Origin: Felis catus
Lineage: Eukaryota
Length of the DNA stretch: 64,000 nucleotides
Direction of reading: 5' to 3'
Assembly (NCBI RefSeq): GCF_018350175.1
Contig: NC_058368.1
Coordinates: 109,370,001-109,434,000 of the forward strand
Shown: positions 50,501-63,963 of the stretch, piece by piece
Layout of the letters: each line of letters begins with the position of its first letter
Numbering within the stretch: the first letter of the stretch is position 1
The notes under the pieces: generated by a model
The model's input: the letters and a program-made list of their open reading frames with translations, nothing else
Database searches by the model: none
What the model was told of the DNA's origin: nothing
Position numbers and translations under genes: made by a program

Positions 50501-51699
50501 GTATGAGGCCAGGACGGTAAAAGGAAAGGTTGTTGGGAACAAAGACTTAGACGGGGCCATAGGAAGGACAGGCAGACTCCGGGCACGTCTGTCAGAAGCC
50601 GAGTTTCAATGGTTAAGAGGCAACCAACATTTTTATTTGCTTCCAGACGGGTGGTTCCGGGCTCTGGACAGAAACGCCCAACAATCACCCGTTGAATTTA
50701 CCAGGAGGGCAAGAGAACATGAACCGAGGAGGACACACATAAGAAGAAGGAGTGAAGAAATGAGGATGAAGTGAAAGGTGAGATGGCTGTCATTTGAACA
50801 CATTCATTTAGAAACTTTGCCACAGCCCAGGCTTGAGGGGACGTGCCTGCCTGCATGGACTGTGCAACACTGACGACAAAGTCTGAACCTCTCCTTGCCA
50901 GCAACCACCTCCACCTGTTGCCTACGTATATATTATATCTCTAACTGACATTAGTAGGTAAGAAATACCTATTGAATAAATGAACGAAAGAAAAGATGTT
51001 TCACTCCAATCTATGGTGGAAGGACTTTTATTGACACATCCTTGGACCAGCCACGGTTAGAAATGCACCAGGGGCTTCCTTGTTCCTTACTGGCTTATCC
51101 ATGCCGGTGAGCCTGCTCTATCCTTCTCCCCCCTCCTCCACAGGTCATCTTGGGGGGGGAGGGGGCTCTCAGGGTGCCCAAATCATCTGAGAACAGGGAA
51201 TTTCAGCACACAGCGGGCTGCATGGCTTTCTCATGGGGTAGGGCTCAATCAGTACGCAATGTTAGCCTCTCCATTCCCGCCAGCTTCCACTGAGAGCAAG
51301 GACTTTGGTCCCAGAGCTGATTTCTTGGTTCAATTTATAAGCTCAAGTCGAGAACCAAAATCTAGTTAGCTGTCAGGCCCAGCGTTTCCCGAACTGGGTT
51401 TGCCCTGAGCCCCTGGACATCTTCTCCTCAGCTCTCCACAGTGCGGCTCTTGGGATCCATCCTTCCTGTCAACTTCCTCTTAGGTGCACCTTCAGGCTCT
51501 CCACCGTCTCCTATTAGCCAGTGTTAAGCCAAACACAATCATTCATTTACTTTTGTGCGTGCTGGCTGCAGGCCTGGGTACCTGCCAGGTGACGTGAGTA
51601 AAGAGAACCAGGGAGCTCGCAGAGAAGACAGAGGGCTTGGCTCCTCTGGCTCAGAACCAGGTCAGCCCCCAGGGCCCGGGTGTGCGCACCATCTGCTCT

Positions 51700-51900
51700 C
51701 CCAGCTCCCGTCTATCTAATCCTTCACAGTCTTTCCAGAAGTTGTTCCTCTAAAACACAAATGATATGAGTGACCCACTTTAAATTCCCATGCGGCTTCA
51801 TATTTCTTACAGAAAACTCCTTCACAAGAGGGTCCTGGCCTATCGCTTTCCTTTTCAGGCTCATCTGTCCCCATGCTTTTTGCCTTCTGTATCAAACATC
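51700..51900. promoter_or_regulatory. Candidate IL4 3' enhancer HS VA
   Basis: GATA (CTATCT ~51712, CTATCG ~51840) and NFAT TTTCC cores (~51732, ~51847) just proximal to CNS-2; positional. Confidence 0.4.
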
Positions 51901-52429
51901 CTACTGGGGCACGTGGCATCCAGACCCATATGTTACTCCTGCTGCCCCGGATGCCTCTCCCTACTTGTTACAACATCTCAAACAGCACTGTCCCTGAGAA
52001 GATGCCTTTTCTGACCATTTGGTGCCAGGCACCATCCTGGTTGCCAGGGAAGAACACGGAGCCTGGCAACTCACCAGTCACGCCCCGTAACTACAGCCCT
52101 CAATGTGCCGCACGCTTGTTCTCATTTCCATGGTCACCTGTCCCTCCGGAGGGAGGCTGTGAGCATCGCAAAGACCTTCTGAGCAGAAGAGCGTAGGCAC
52201 ACAGTAAATAGAGAAGACACCAGTGACGCAGTGGCACAATTCATGATGGAGTAGAAATCAAGGCCAACATAATATTTCTGTAATGACTCTGGTGCTTTTA
52301 GGTTGGGTTAGGCAATATCCTCTCACTGAGATTCGTATCAACTCCGAGAAATATTTTATTCAGTTGTAAAGTCCCAGTTAAATTCCTTTGTACCACTGGA
52401 GAAATAAAGCCTTTGATTAAAACCTAAAA

Positions 52430-52760
52430 TTTCCCCAGCCCTCTGAAAAGGGGAGGGGGAGGGGAGCAGGTGTGGAAGAATGTGTGATCTGTCATATTCT
52501 TTAGTCAGAGCCATAAACGTGTTTGGGTAAGACAAAGTGATGTTCTGATAACGTTGATAAAAGTAACTTGAAGATTGGGTCACAGGAAGCCCAAGATAAA
52601 TGCTGAGAGGAAACAGGTTCTTTTTGAAGTAGCCTCTTCATAATCATTTTCCCACACATTTGTTCAACTTCCGAAGGAGGACTGAAGACCTGATTTGCTT
52701 TGCAAATGAAACAGCCTAAGAATGAGACACTCAGCTCCTGTTGTAACAAATGTGCTCAGA
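52430..52760. promoter_or_regulatory. CNS-2 / HS V (Notch-RBPJ responsive IL4 3' enhancer)
   Basis: GATA TGATAA 52546-52551 and 52555-52560, AGATAA 52594-52599, ETS CAGGAAG 52583-52589, RBPJ TTCCCACA 52649-52656; TGTTTGGGTAAGACAAAGTGAT resembles recalled mouse CNS-2. Confidence 0.75.
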
Positions 52761-53642
52761 GGCTCCTCCAGCTCCGTGTAGGCTTAGGCTGTGGCTTCCG
52801 AACTCTGTGAACTATTCCCGCAGGCACAGGGTAACTATGGTCCCCTAGGCTGGTCCTTGGCTCTATTTTTTGTTTTGTTTATGTACTTGGTTTTAAAAGA
52901 GATTTCTCAAGGTCTTCAAGAGGACAACGTCCTCAGCAGCATCCTGACAACACAGGCAGTAACAGGTTTCGTGAGGGAACGCATTAGTGGGTTAGTGGTA
53001 TCGCTTGGTCGGAGTATCACGCTCGGAAACTCAACTGGGGAGGATGGGCAGATGCGAAGGCGGCACTATTTATTACCTTGCTTGGGCCATAGCGGGCCTT
53101 TAATCTTCTTCTCACATTCTACACAGTGAAGGAGTGGGAGCTAAGTTAGCAGCTGGGAAAAGAGAACGAGACTGAAAGGCCCAGAGGACTCTCCTTTCCT
53201 ATGTAAAAGCACATCAAGTCCTCTGAGACTGGCTGACAAATCCAAACCTCTCAGCACCTGCCTGCCGTGAATTTTCCAAGGCAGCTCAGCACGGTGCCTG
53301 GTAATCAACAAGTGTTTGTTAAAAGAACACACGATTAATAATAATCCAAGCAAAGTTTTGTTTTACAGATATATTAAGCTCATTAAAAGTTTTTGAAAGA
53401 AATCATGGTATCTTACCACTAAGAAATGTCTCCTTTTACCTTTTAGTGACATACATTTTTCATACATGCTTAAGTTTCTGTTCTCAAATACCTAGTGGAA
53501 GGGTAACAAAATTTGGATAAAAATATTTTTGGTGAAAATAAATTTTATCAATTAGAAGAAACATTTTAAAAGTTCTCTCCCAGGTTTCTGTTTCAGGATG
53601 ATTTCTGTTTAAAGGCTCACAACATTAAAAGCTTTGGGTGTG

Positions 53643-54271
53643 GGGGCGCCTAGGTGGCTCAGTCGGTTAAGCACCTGAGTTTGGCTCAGGTCACGATCTC
53701 ACAGTTTGTGGGTTCAAGCCCCATACTGGGCTCTCTCTGTGCTGACAGCTCAGAGCCTGGAGCCTGCTTCAGATTCTGTGTCTCCTTCTCTCTCTGCTCT
53801 CCCCCCACCATACCCCCCAGCTCGTGCTCTCTCTCTTAAAAATAAACATTTGGGACATGTGGGTGGCTCAGTTGGTTGAGTGTCCAACTTTGGCTCAGGT
53901 CATGATCTCACAGTTTGTGGGTTTGAGCCCCACGTCAGGCTCTGTGCTGACAGCTCAGAGCCTGGACACTGCTTAGGATTCTGTGTCTCCCTCTCTCTCT
54001 GCCTCTACCCTGCTCACACTCTCTCTCTTCCAAAAATAAATAAACATTGAAAAAAAAATTTTAAATAAACACTAAAAATTTGTAAATAAATAAATACACA
54101 TTTAAAAAATTAATAACAAAAAGTTTTGGGTGTGAAGGATGCTTGGGTGGCTCAGTCAGTTAAGCTTCTGACTAGTGATTTCGGCTCAGATCATGATCTC
54201 ACGATAGAGCCCCACATTGGGCTCTGATGACAGCACAGAGCCTGCTTGGGATTCTCTCTCTCTTGCTCTCT

Positions 54272-54318
<47 letters not shown>

Positions 54319-54373
54319 CCTACCCCAGTCACGCAAATCTTTGTCTCCAAATAAACAAACATTAAAAAAAAAA
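53643..54373 (+). mobile_element. Three tandem Can-SINEs (53643-53850, 53852-54060, 54137-54373)
   Basis: Three heads; recurring target sequence TT(T/G)GGGTGTG. Confidence 0.92.
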
Positions 54374-54479
54374 TTGGGGTGTGAAATGACACAGGCCTCT
54401 CTAAACCATATAAAATTGAGATGCCAAGTATAAAGACCCACAAAGAGAGTTCAGGGTAAAAAGCAGACCACCACTATCA

Positions 54480-57400
54480 GTGTTAGGTAAAGATTTTTAT
54501 TTCTAACTTAACCATGCTGCATGTATACATACAATATCAATATATACAACTTGAACAAATACAATTTATACATAAAATACAATGAAAGTGTGGCTTTTGA
54601 AATTAATGCAACAAACTCATTGGAAGATTTGCAATTTTGGCCAGTATACAGTATTGTAGTAATGCTACTGAAGTTATTAATGATTTAAAATTAATCAAAC
54701 TACAGTATAAGTTCAAAGGCACTAGGAAGATCTAGGTTTTCTTCTAGCATTTTAAAAACAAAAAATAATTAAAAAGGAAAACAAATGTATACATTAAGAA
54801 ACTGGGCAGACACTGGCATGCTTAAATGTAAACTCTACCCATTCCTTAATTCACAGCCCTGTAAGAAAGAGAGGGACCTCCCTTTATAGAAGAGTTAAGG
54901 GGAAAGATATTTTTAGAAGACTAAAAATGACAGCTACAACCCAAAAACCATAATCATAATTTTAAAAATATGTTACAGATCAAGTAGAATCACCTCCCTC
55001 CCCCAAAATAATCTTAAATTTCTTGCTGCAAAAAAAGGTCCCCTTTTCCCAGAAAGATGAGATACCTTGTCAAATGGATTCTACTTGCCAGATAAAAACA
55101 CAGATGCAGGCCACCCCCATATACCTTGATTAATCTTATATTTTACAAGAATCTAAACAAAAAGGGGGTGTACTATTATATTTTAATATCCTAATTATAA
55201 GTATATATAATTGAGGTTTTAAAACAGGGTTTATTAAAGAATGTATCACAAACAATTAACATTCTACCAAGGCTCCTTTTAATAAATAAATATTACTTTT
55301 TTAAATTAAAGAGAAAATACCCTTTCAATAACCTATTTATATGAGACACTCATCTTAAAACTGTCTATTTCAAATAATGAGCAAGTATCTTCATCCATAT
55401 CCTTTCATGAAATTAACACTGAAGTTAAAAATATTTCATTTTATGGACAAAGACACAGTACATGTGAAGAAACCACAGAATTGCTATGATCAGAGCTAAA
55501 TGAACAGCTCTAAAGTCAGTATCCCATGTTTTCATATGGATATTCAAGCCTGGCTCGAATATCTTATTTTGGTATTTCATAAAATGAATATCTAAGGTAC
55601 ATCTGGTATAATCAATTTCTGATGTAAATGTTAAAAAAAAAAAAAAAACTGCTCACATGGCCTGTTTTGTAAATTCCTCAATGTTTTGACTTTTTACAGA
55701 TTTTTGCTATTGTAGCAGAAGTGGAATAGAAAAATAAATCTAACACACTGGCTTAAATTTTCTGTTTTAAAGCTTAATGCACAAGTTGTTCCTTCCCCAC
55801 AGCAAAGGGAATATAGTGAACGATACTGTAATAGCCTGTAATAGCGTCTTATGGTGAAAGATGGGAGCTACACTTGCCATGAGCACAGTGTAACTCAGCA
55901 GCGGAATCACTATTTTGCACACCTGAAACTAATGTAACACTGTGTGTCAACTCTACTCAAAAACAATAAAAAATGAAGTTATTCCTTTCCTATTCACTGG
56001 ATGGTTAAAGGCTAGAAGTGTGGATTTTTAGAAAGAAGTATGCATCTTTTTTATTCTACTGGCAAAATTAAGATTTCTCTGGAGCATTTGCTAACCATTA
56101 AATGTGCATCTACAACTGCCAAGACATTCTGCACAGACAAAGCTTTTACAAGACACAAATTCACCTCTAGTCTTCACAGTACCTGAACAATGCCCCACAG
56201 AGTGTAAAGTCAAAACTTCTAACTATCTTACACATTACAAGGAAAATGCTGCCAGGTAAATGCAATTCTTATTACCTAGAAAATATTCACCATACACAGG
56301 ACATCTGGTACACCACCTTTGGAATGAACTTTAAACTTAGAGACGCATTTTTACCACCACCTCACAATCATGCCACCTACACTCACCCCCAGTCTATAGG
56401 CAGCTTGGTAACTACAAACCAATATTTAACCAAACTTACTAAAATACTGTTCACTTAATAAATACTAATTTATGAAGTCTCAAACTTGCAACCAATGGAC
56501 TTTAGGGCTGATCATATAATTTTAAAATTCATAAAAGATACATTAAGTGGCTTAGGAGTAGCATAACTTATGAAAAAATTAAAATTTTGTAAGCAATCAC
56601 CATGAGAACAATTCTAACTATTACAACTTATTTTACTATAAAAATGATTTTTTTTTATTTTTAAAGGAATATGGTGTAACTGGGATTTGTCAATAAAATA
56701 AATTCAGGGAAGAATGTTTTCTTTTTATAAAATATGAATAAAAGCAAAACAAATGTTTTAAAGTCTAAGAATTAAAAGATACACATATTTCTTGCTTTGA
56801 TTGCATTTTGTGGAAAATGGAGACCTTTCTCAATTGGGAGATACAGAGCAATTCCTATCACAATTTAGAACTGAGATGCAGAAAAGCATCCATTAGTCAC
56901 ACTCAAAGTGAATTTTAGAAAATATACATATATGGGCAAAGGTTAGTGACCAGTATTTAGCTTCTTAATTTTCTGCAACTGTGACTTTTATATCTATGTA
57001 CAAACTCAATGCTTCGAGAGAACATGAAACCAGAACCGAAAAAGTGTATTTCACTTGAAGTCCAAGTGGCAGAAAAAGGTCGAGAGGTCCTAAAGAAACG
57101 TGTTTCCAACTTTTGCATTTTAAACATGTATACTTCTAAAGTTTGGCTGCTGAATTATAAAATTTTCCAAAGATCAATAACGTAAGTTGTCTCATACTTA
57201 AAATGCAATGAATGTTAGTATAAAAATTAGAACATTTTTAAATAGGCCAGGTGGGTGTTAAGATCAAATAATTTCTTAGATATGCAGCCCATACATTCAC
57301 ATATGACAGCACAACATAGAATGATGAGATCTGCTACTTTCTGTGTGCAAAACAGGACATATATATTTTTTTCTATTTTGCCTATCCAGTTACCTAATTA

Positions 57401-57725
57401 TACAGTAGTTGAATAAATCACTAGCAGATTTATGTATACATTAAACTGCAACTCTCTCAGTATAGTAAGCTGCTCCCCCAAGTTCCCTGCACAGTATAGA
57501 GTGTAATATGACAATCTGAACAATTACCAGTTGTACAATTTTAATATGACATTAATATATATACTGACTAAGACTTACTAGGCAAAATATTAGTTCCAGT
57601 CTTACTCCATGATTTACAGCTTCCATAATCTGAAATTACACAACAGTCTTCAGTGTTTTAATTAAAGATTTTGTCTAGGCATGAGAATATCATTAATTTT
57701 TATTGTGACTTTAAGTCTGTAATGT
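54480..57725 (-). other. KIF3A: KIF3A long AT-rich 3' UTR with distal poly(A) signal
   Basis: Follows stop at 57726; minus-strand AATAAA at 54496-54501 (TTTATT on +); contains a short L1 3' insertion ~55800-55972; exact end not proven. Confidence 0.65.
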
Positions 57726-57774
57726 TTACTGAAGTAAAGAGTCAATCACAGTTTCAGGCTTTGCAGAACGCTTT
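57726..57774 (-). CDS. KIF3A: Kinesin-like protein KIF3A, last coding exon
   Basis: aaacag|(R)KRSAKPETVIDSLLQ-TAA. Confidence 0.95.
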
Positions 57775-59440
57775 CTGTTTGGAGAAGAGAAAAAGAAAAT
57801 ATGAATGCTTTCCTAAAAGACTGAATGCAAACACTTTACATTATGTAGCAGGTATGGCCACAGAGTGGCCATAAGGTCTATAAACAAGCCAAGGTTTGCC
57901 ACGTTTGACATGTTAAGAGATCAATGCCCACCTTTTTAGGCCAGAGGAAGGTCACCTGAAGTAGCTGCAAGAGCCTGACACTTTACCCTACCAACCAGAA
58001 TGTAAGGGATTGAGTCAATGAAAACTTCTAAAATAGGACTAGACAGGCCAGGGCCAAGTGGGCTGTATGTTTGCCAGGCCTGAGCCCCTGGATTATCTGT
58101 TCTGGGGCATGCTGAAGGTACAGGTTCATTCAGTGAAAAAAAGAGACACAAATCCTCTGAAGCAACACCTGCAGAAGCATGTGCAGGGACCGATGGAAAT
58201 ACTACATTAATGTACGGTGTTCAATGGAATTTTGCTTATCGCACTGAACTATGCATTTCTAATTTACAGGAACATCACATTGGACCTTATCAGGTAATGT
58301 GATACATTATCAACAAACCATTTATTGTGTATGTTTACGTTCAGGGGCATCTACTGTTTTTATGATACAGAAGGCTAATTCTAGTACACAGAGAATGATA
58401 GGTTTGGCTCATCCAATGTTGGCTCAAATGAAATTTTTTTACGTTAAACCATTTATCATCACTCTTGTGTTGTAATTTTTCTTATTGACTGCAGAGGTAA
58501 GAGAAAAATATCTCTATTAAAAATGGAAAAATGAAAGATCCAGCAGGATTTGTGTTTGACTTCTTCATTCACTAATATTACACACACATGGCTTCTGTTG
58601 ACATGTGAAAAGTTTTAACAAGTGGCACTTGAATGCCAAGAAATGTAAAAATTTGTACATCTTTACAGTGCTACTGACCTTCAGTCACATATACCAAATT
58701 TACAGATGTTAGGTTATGTCTATGATGTTACATAACACAAAATATTAAAACCTTACAACTTCATCTGACTTATAGCTCAAAAGTCTACATACTCAAAGTA
58801 GGGGGGAAAATAAGCTTAATATTTCCTATCATTTCAGGAGCTCCAAGTGTTAAAATCAGTTTAAATAAGCTGAACAGTAGTTACGTAGGGAAGGGAGAGA
58901 AGAAACATGCCCCAGCCCTGATCTCATGTTATGATACATAAAGACTACTCAACAGTCAAAACCAGCACTCAAAGGAAAGGGAAAAATGGTCAGAAAAGCT
59001 TTCTTTAACTAGCAAGGTTAAAGGTTAAAGGTTCTTGGAGCAATGTTTATAACAGAAAAGCAAGCCAGCAAATATAAGACCTTGGGAGTTGAACCAGGCA
59101 AATTCATTAGCATCTCACTAGAACTACTGTAAGAAATTAAGGGATTAAGATAGATAGATAAGAGATGACTTCTAATACATTTGGATAGAACAAAGTATAT
59201 TAAAAATAAACTCTAGTACTCAGGAAGGCTAAAGAAGTTGGAAGCCTTAATTTAATTCTTTAGTTTTTACTTACTCAAATCATTACTACATAAGGAGTCT
59301 GATATTTATTTAAATACAACTAAAATGCAGCTTTTTAATACAGCTAAAATATTTATTAGGTTAACTAAATTTCCTCTAAATGTATCTACATAGGATATCT
59401 CAGTGCCTTTATCTCACAGGACTGAAAGAGAAGTCTTTAC

Positions 59441-59565
59441 CTTCGCCCCGTCTTTGGCCTTGCTTTCCCCTTTGACGTCCGTGGCCTCTCTAACTTCATC
59501 AGGGACTGCCGGAGGCTCTCCTCAGTATAGGCAAGATACACGTGGGAAAGGTCCACTTCAAAGGG
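59441..59565 (-). CDS. KIF3A: KIF3A exon (tail domain)
   Basis: cttag|[41 protein letters not shown]|gtaaag, 125 bp. Confidence 0.96.
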
Positions 59566-60138
59566 CTAAGGAAAGGGAGCAAACACAAGACACTCTTATA
59601 GGAAGGATTTAAACCAGATGTGGGAAGAAGATTAAAAATACTGAATATACTCCTAGAGAAAAACTGCAGAAGACCAAATAAATGTCTAAGGGTATCTTTT
59701 TCTAATGCCACTCATGTCAAACGTATTCACCACGGGCGGTAAGTAAGGAGCCCTGACACCCTATCAATATCTTCAGAGGAAAGGAAAACCATTATTGTTT
59801 CCCCTATAGCTGCTACTTCCTCTTGCTGACCTAGGTCCAGGACCAGCTCTGAGAAGGAGACAGACCCACTCTGGTCTCTCTATACCCCCGCCATGGCCTG
59901 GAGAGGTGAAGAGGCTCTGAAGAAGCCACCATGCCACCTGTGTGGTGCAAAGGGAAAGCCTACCTTCATGACTGAGGGGAGCAGAAACGTCCTCTACCCC
60001 CCTCCCAGGGCTTCTCTTCCCAAAAGATAGGCCTATTTTTCAGCTGACCTGATTAATTTAAATCATATTGATAACACAGATGAGTGACCCACATCCTATA
60101 AAGAAACTGGAGTTACAACAACAAAAAAGCACTCTTAC

Positions 60139-60207
60139 ATCTTTCTCTTTTTTATCAGGAGCTGGAGTCTGCTTCCTCATGTTATTTCCTGTATAGGCAA
60201 CACATTT
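60139..60207 (-). CDS. KIF3A: KIF3A exon
   Basis: tttgag|[23 protein letters not shown]|gtaaga, 69 bp. Confidence 0.95.
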
Positions 60208-60563
60208 CTCAAAAAAGGAAAAAAGGGGAGGGAGGAAAATTATCTTAATTAGCAATTAATACTGAGAATAAGGCAAATTACTATGAGGTATACTGATGTT
60301 ACAATCGTAAAACGTAATTTGAATACTGGAAAAGAAAGGAATCTAGAACTCCGACAGTCCTGTGCAGCCCCTAACGACACCACTTCCCCTGAATAGTCTG
60401 TGTGTTATAACACGGTTAATGAGAAAAATATCTTATCCACTCTAGTGGACTCTCATCTGATTCATTCCCTGGACCATCTTAGTCTCCTCAGAGCCAGCAC
60501 AGTCCCCAGGCCACAAGATGCACTCCATTAAGTACTTCATGAGAGGATGAAGGTAATACTCAC

Positions 60564-60617
60564 CAGCTGCCATTCTCCTATGTCTTCATTCCAGTGGACG
60601 TAGTTTTCAATCATTTC
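60564..60617 (-). CDS. KIF3A: KIF3A exon
   Basis: aag|EMIENYVHWNEDIGEWQL|gtgagt, 54 bp. Confidence 0.95.
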
Positions 60618-61404
60618 CTTTTAAGAGTCAAAGATGGTCTACTTTTAATATTTAATAACATCTGAAATACTGAAAACGCTCTCAAAATTAAAATTTTAAC
60701 ATATTAAGTAAAAAAAAGTTGCCTCAAAACATTATATACTGCATTATAACTTTCTGATAAATTTAAAAATACATACTTTGAAGGAATATACATAAATGCA
60801 ATTAAACCATATAAAAATAAAAAGCAATAAAATGAAGAACATGGGATTCAGGATGATGGCGACCATGAGTTGGAAGAGGCAACGGGATGGCAGAGGGGAG
60901 AGGGAAACTGTTTAGTTAGAAATAGGTTACGTCCTGATAGCAGCTTTTGTTATGCATGACAAGGTCACTACAAAATAAATAACAAAAAAAGGCCAAAACA
61001 AACACAGCTAACCAACTAAATAAAAGCAGGTCACCCAAGGACCAGTAAGGAGAATGTACCATGAAACAAAAATTTCGTCAACCTGAGGTCCAAAGGAAAA
61101 AAATATTAAGGCTTATTTTCAGAAAAAGTTCTTTGAGCTATACAGAGACTCGAAATAAATTTTTGAAAAATTAGTACGTTAAGGTACACTAAAATGTACC
61201 AGAAAAGTGGCAATTTGGGGTACAGAGAGGCTGACATTTTAAAATTATACTAGAATTAAAAATCAACATCCACCTGGAGATGGATGGCAGTGATGAGTGC
61301 AAAACACCGTAAACATACTTAATGTCACCAAACTATATTCCTAAAAATAGTCTAAAAAGGTAAATTTCATGTTATGTGTATTTTACCATATACACTACAC
61401 TATG

Positions 61405-61405
<1 letters not shown>

Positions 61406-61447
<42 letters not shown>

Positions 61448-61453
61448 TACACA
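61406..61453. repeat. (CA)n microsatellite
   Basis: Directly visible. Confidence 0.95.
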
Positions 61454-61794
61454 CAATTAGTATCCATAAGCAGGGAGAAAAATTAGCAAAGGAGTTTCAT
61501 TTATTCTATTTATAGGATCAAGTATATAGAATGAATAAACAGGAATGCAATTACCTAAATCTGGGTTCCTCCAAAGGGCTGAGAAATTCTTAGTTAGATA
61601 CTTACATACTCAGAGAATTATGTATTGAGAAAAGATAACAGTTGAAGTGAAATGTGATGGCATTAGTTCAAGTAAATTTTACTGTCAACAACTGAAATGT
61701 AAATATGTACCATCAATTAAATTAAAAATTATATTCCCATTTCTTCACCCCAGCCAAGTGATATAACATCTAGGTCAGAGAACTTCCCTCTTAC

Positions 61795-61920
61795 CTGATA
61801 ATCTTGAGGTATAAAGTTATCAATAATAAGCATCTGAAGTCGAAGCTCCCGGCTAAGTTGTCGAATATTCTCCAGGAGACCTTCAATTTCCCTCTGATGC
61901 TCCTGTTGGAGATCAGCCAT
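61795..61920 (-). CDS. KIF3A: KIF3A exon (coiled-coil stalk)
   Basis: gtag|[42 protein letters not shown]|gtaaga, 126 bp. Confidence 0.97.
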
Positions 61921-62087
61921 CTACCAGAAGAATCAATAAAAATATGAAGGGCAAACAAGATTTTAAATACAGAACAGTTTTATCTGATTTAAGCACTGGC
62001 CTAAGAAACCTTGTAAAACTTACTCAGTTTTTTCACAAAAACAATGCACAAAATGATACTACCCCTTCACTATCTATTTCCACATTA

Positions 62088-62325
62088 TTTTTTTTCTTTT
62101 TTAATGTTTGTTTATTTTTAAGAGAGAGAGAGAGAAAGAAAGACAGAGTAGAGTGTGAGTGCAGGAGGGGCACAGAGAGCGAAGGAGACACAGAATCTGA
62201 AGCAGGCTCCAGGCTCTGTGCTGTCAGCACAGAGCCCGACGCAGGGCTCAAGCTAGGTTAACAGCAAGATCAAGACCTGAGCCAAAGTCCAATACTTATT
62301 AACCAAATGAGTCACCAGGTGTCCC
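62088..62325 (-). mobile_element. Can-SINE in KIF3A intron
   Basis: Reverse SINE body; CTATTT(C/T)CACATTAT flanks. Confidence 0.9.
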
Positions 62326-62367
62326 TATTTTCACATTATCAAGGTTGGAAATACACAATATAGCTTA

Positions 62368-62628
<261 letters not shown>

Positions 62629-62789
62629 CTATGACAAAAATTGATAAACTTCAGCCAGAATCATTTATTCGTTAAGTCACAAATTTCATTATTTAACAAA
62701 TGATAAAAATGTTTAGCAACTATTATCTTTCAAAGCAATTCACAGATCTGCTTTAAAACTTTATTAAGATTATAGACATAAGACACATA

Positions 62790-63150
62790 CCACATGATTT
62801 CACTTATATGTGTAATCTAAAAAACAAAACAAATGAACAAAGAGATAAACAAAAAGCAGAAACAGACCTATCACTACAGAGAACAACTGCTGGTTGGGTT
62901 TCAGGGGGAGAGAGGCAAAATGGATGAAGCAGGGAGTGGGAGGTACAGGCCTTCAGTTATGGAATGAGTAAGTCACAGAGATGAAAGGTGCTGCACAGGG
63001 AATATAGTCAAGAGTACCGTAACAGGGATTATATGTTAACAAACGGCAGCAACATTTGCCAGGAGTACAGATTAACATATAAAAAAACTGAATCACTATG
63101 TTGTACATCTGAAACTAGTATAACATTGTGTGTCTACTATACTTAATTAA
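62790..63150 (+). mobile_element. Carnivore L1 3' end fragment
   Basis: ATGATTTCACTTATATGTGTAATCTAAAAAACAAAACAAATGAACAA ... GTACATCTGAAACTAGTATAACATTGTGTGTC. Confidence 0.8.
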
Positions 63151-63231
63151 AGATTATGGATATAGAGCTTTTCACTAGAAGAGTTAAATACCCAAGGCTG
63201 AGTGTCAACCAGAAACAAAAAGTCACATTAC

Positions 63232-63412
63232 CTCTTTTTCCTCAAGTTCTCTGCGAAGTTGCTCTGCTCTTTTCCTCCGTTCTTCCAGCTCCATGTTAGA
63301 TTCTTCAAGAAGTTTCTCTTGTTCCTCAGCTTTTGCCAACAAATCAACACCACCAACAATTACCTTCTTCTCCAGAGCAGATAATTTCTCTAGCAAAGAT
63401 TGATGTTCTTGT
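63232..63412 (-). CDS. KIF3A: KIF3A exon (coiled-coil stalk)
   Basis: aacag|(Q)[60 protein letters not shown]|gtaatg, 181 bp. Confidence 0.97.
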
Positions 63413-63806
63413 CTGTTGATTAAAAAGGAGAATAGTTAATATCCATCGATTATCTTCTATTGTATCAATATCATTTCCCAAAATTTACCAGGTATTTGGA
63501 TGCAAAATTTAAAAATAGGGATATAATTATGTAACACCTCTATCAAATTATATCACAGTGTAGTATTAATTAACTTATGATTTAATCTGTAACACCCAAC
63601 TTCACTGATAATTGTTCCTCCTACATAGAGATGAAATAACAAAAACACATGTAATTTCTGGAAATACAACAAAACCTTCGATCCCAAAAAGCTATTCTGG
63701 AGACAAAAATCAAGCTTTTAATTACTATTTAATTTTCTTGCTTATACATGCTATAAAAATACAAGATTTTTAAATCACGAATTTATCTCAATTCAGTAAT
63801 ACTCAC

Positions 63807-63963
63807 TGAGCCTTAAGTAGATCTTTTTCCCGTTTCTCTAATTCAGCTCTAGCCTTGTTTCTTTCTTCTTCTTCCATGTCAAGCTTTGTTTCAAGTGCTT
63901 TTCTCTCCTCATCAATTTTTGCTTGCATTTCAACCATCTTATCTGGGGACACTTTCTTTTTAC
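63807..63963 (-). CDS. KIF3A: KIF3A exon (stalk); gene continues beyond the window
   Basis: tatag|(G)[51 protein letters not shown]|gtgagt, 157 bp; phases join with the downstream exons. Confidence 0.96.

Noticed and set aside
52141..52154. Perfect 14-bp palindrome TCCCTCCGGAGGGA
   Set aside because: A few palindromes of this length are expected by chance in 64 kb; no supporting structure
5784..62325. Many similar short ORFs (MAQSVKRPTLAQVMIS..., MGQRETEHER...) suggesting a gene family, and tRNA-like A/B boxes
   Set aside because: All are translations or heads of tRNA-derived Can-SINEs, not proteins or tRNA genes
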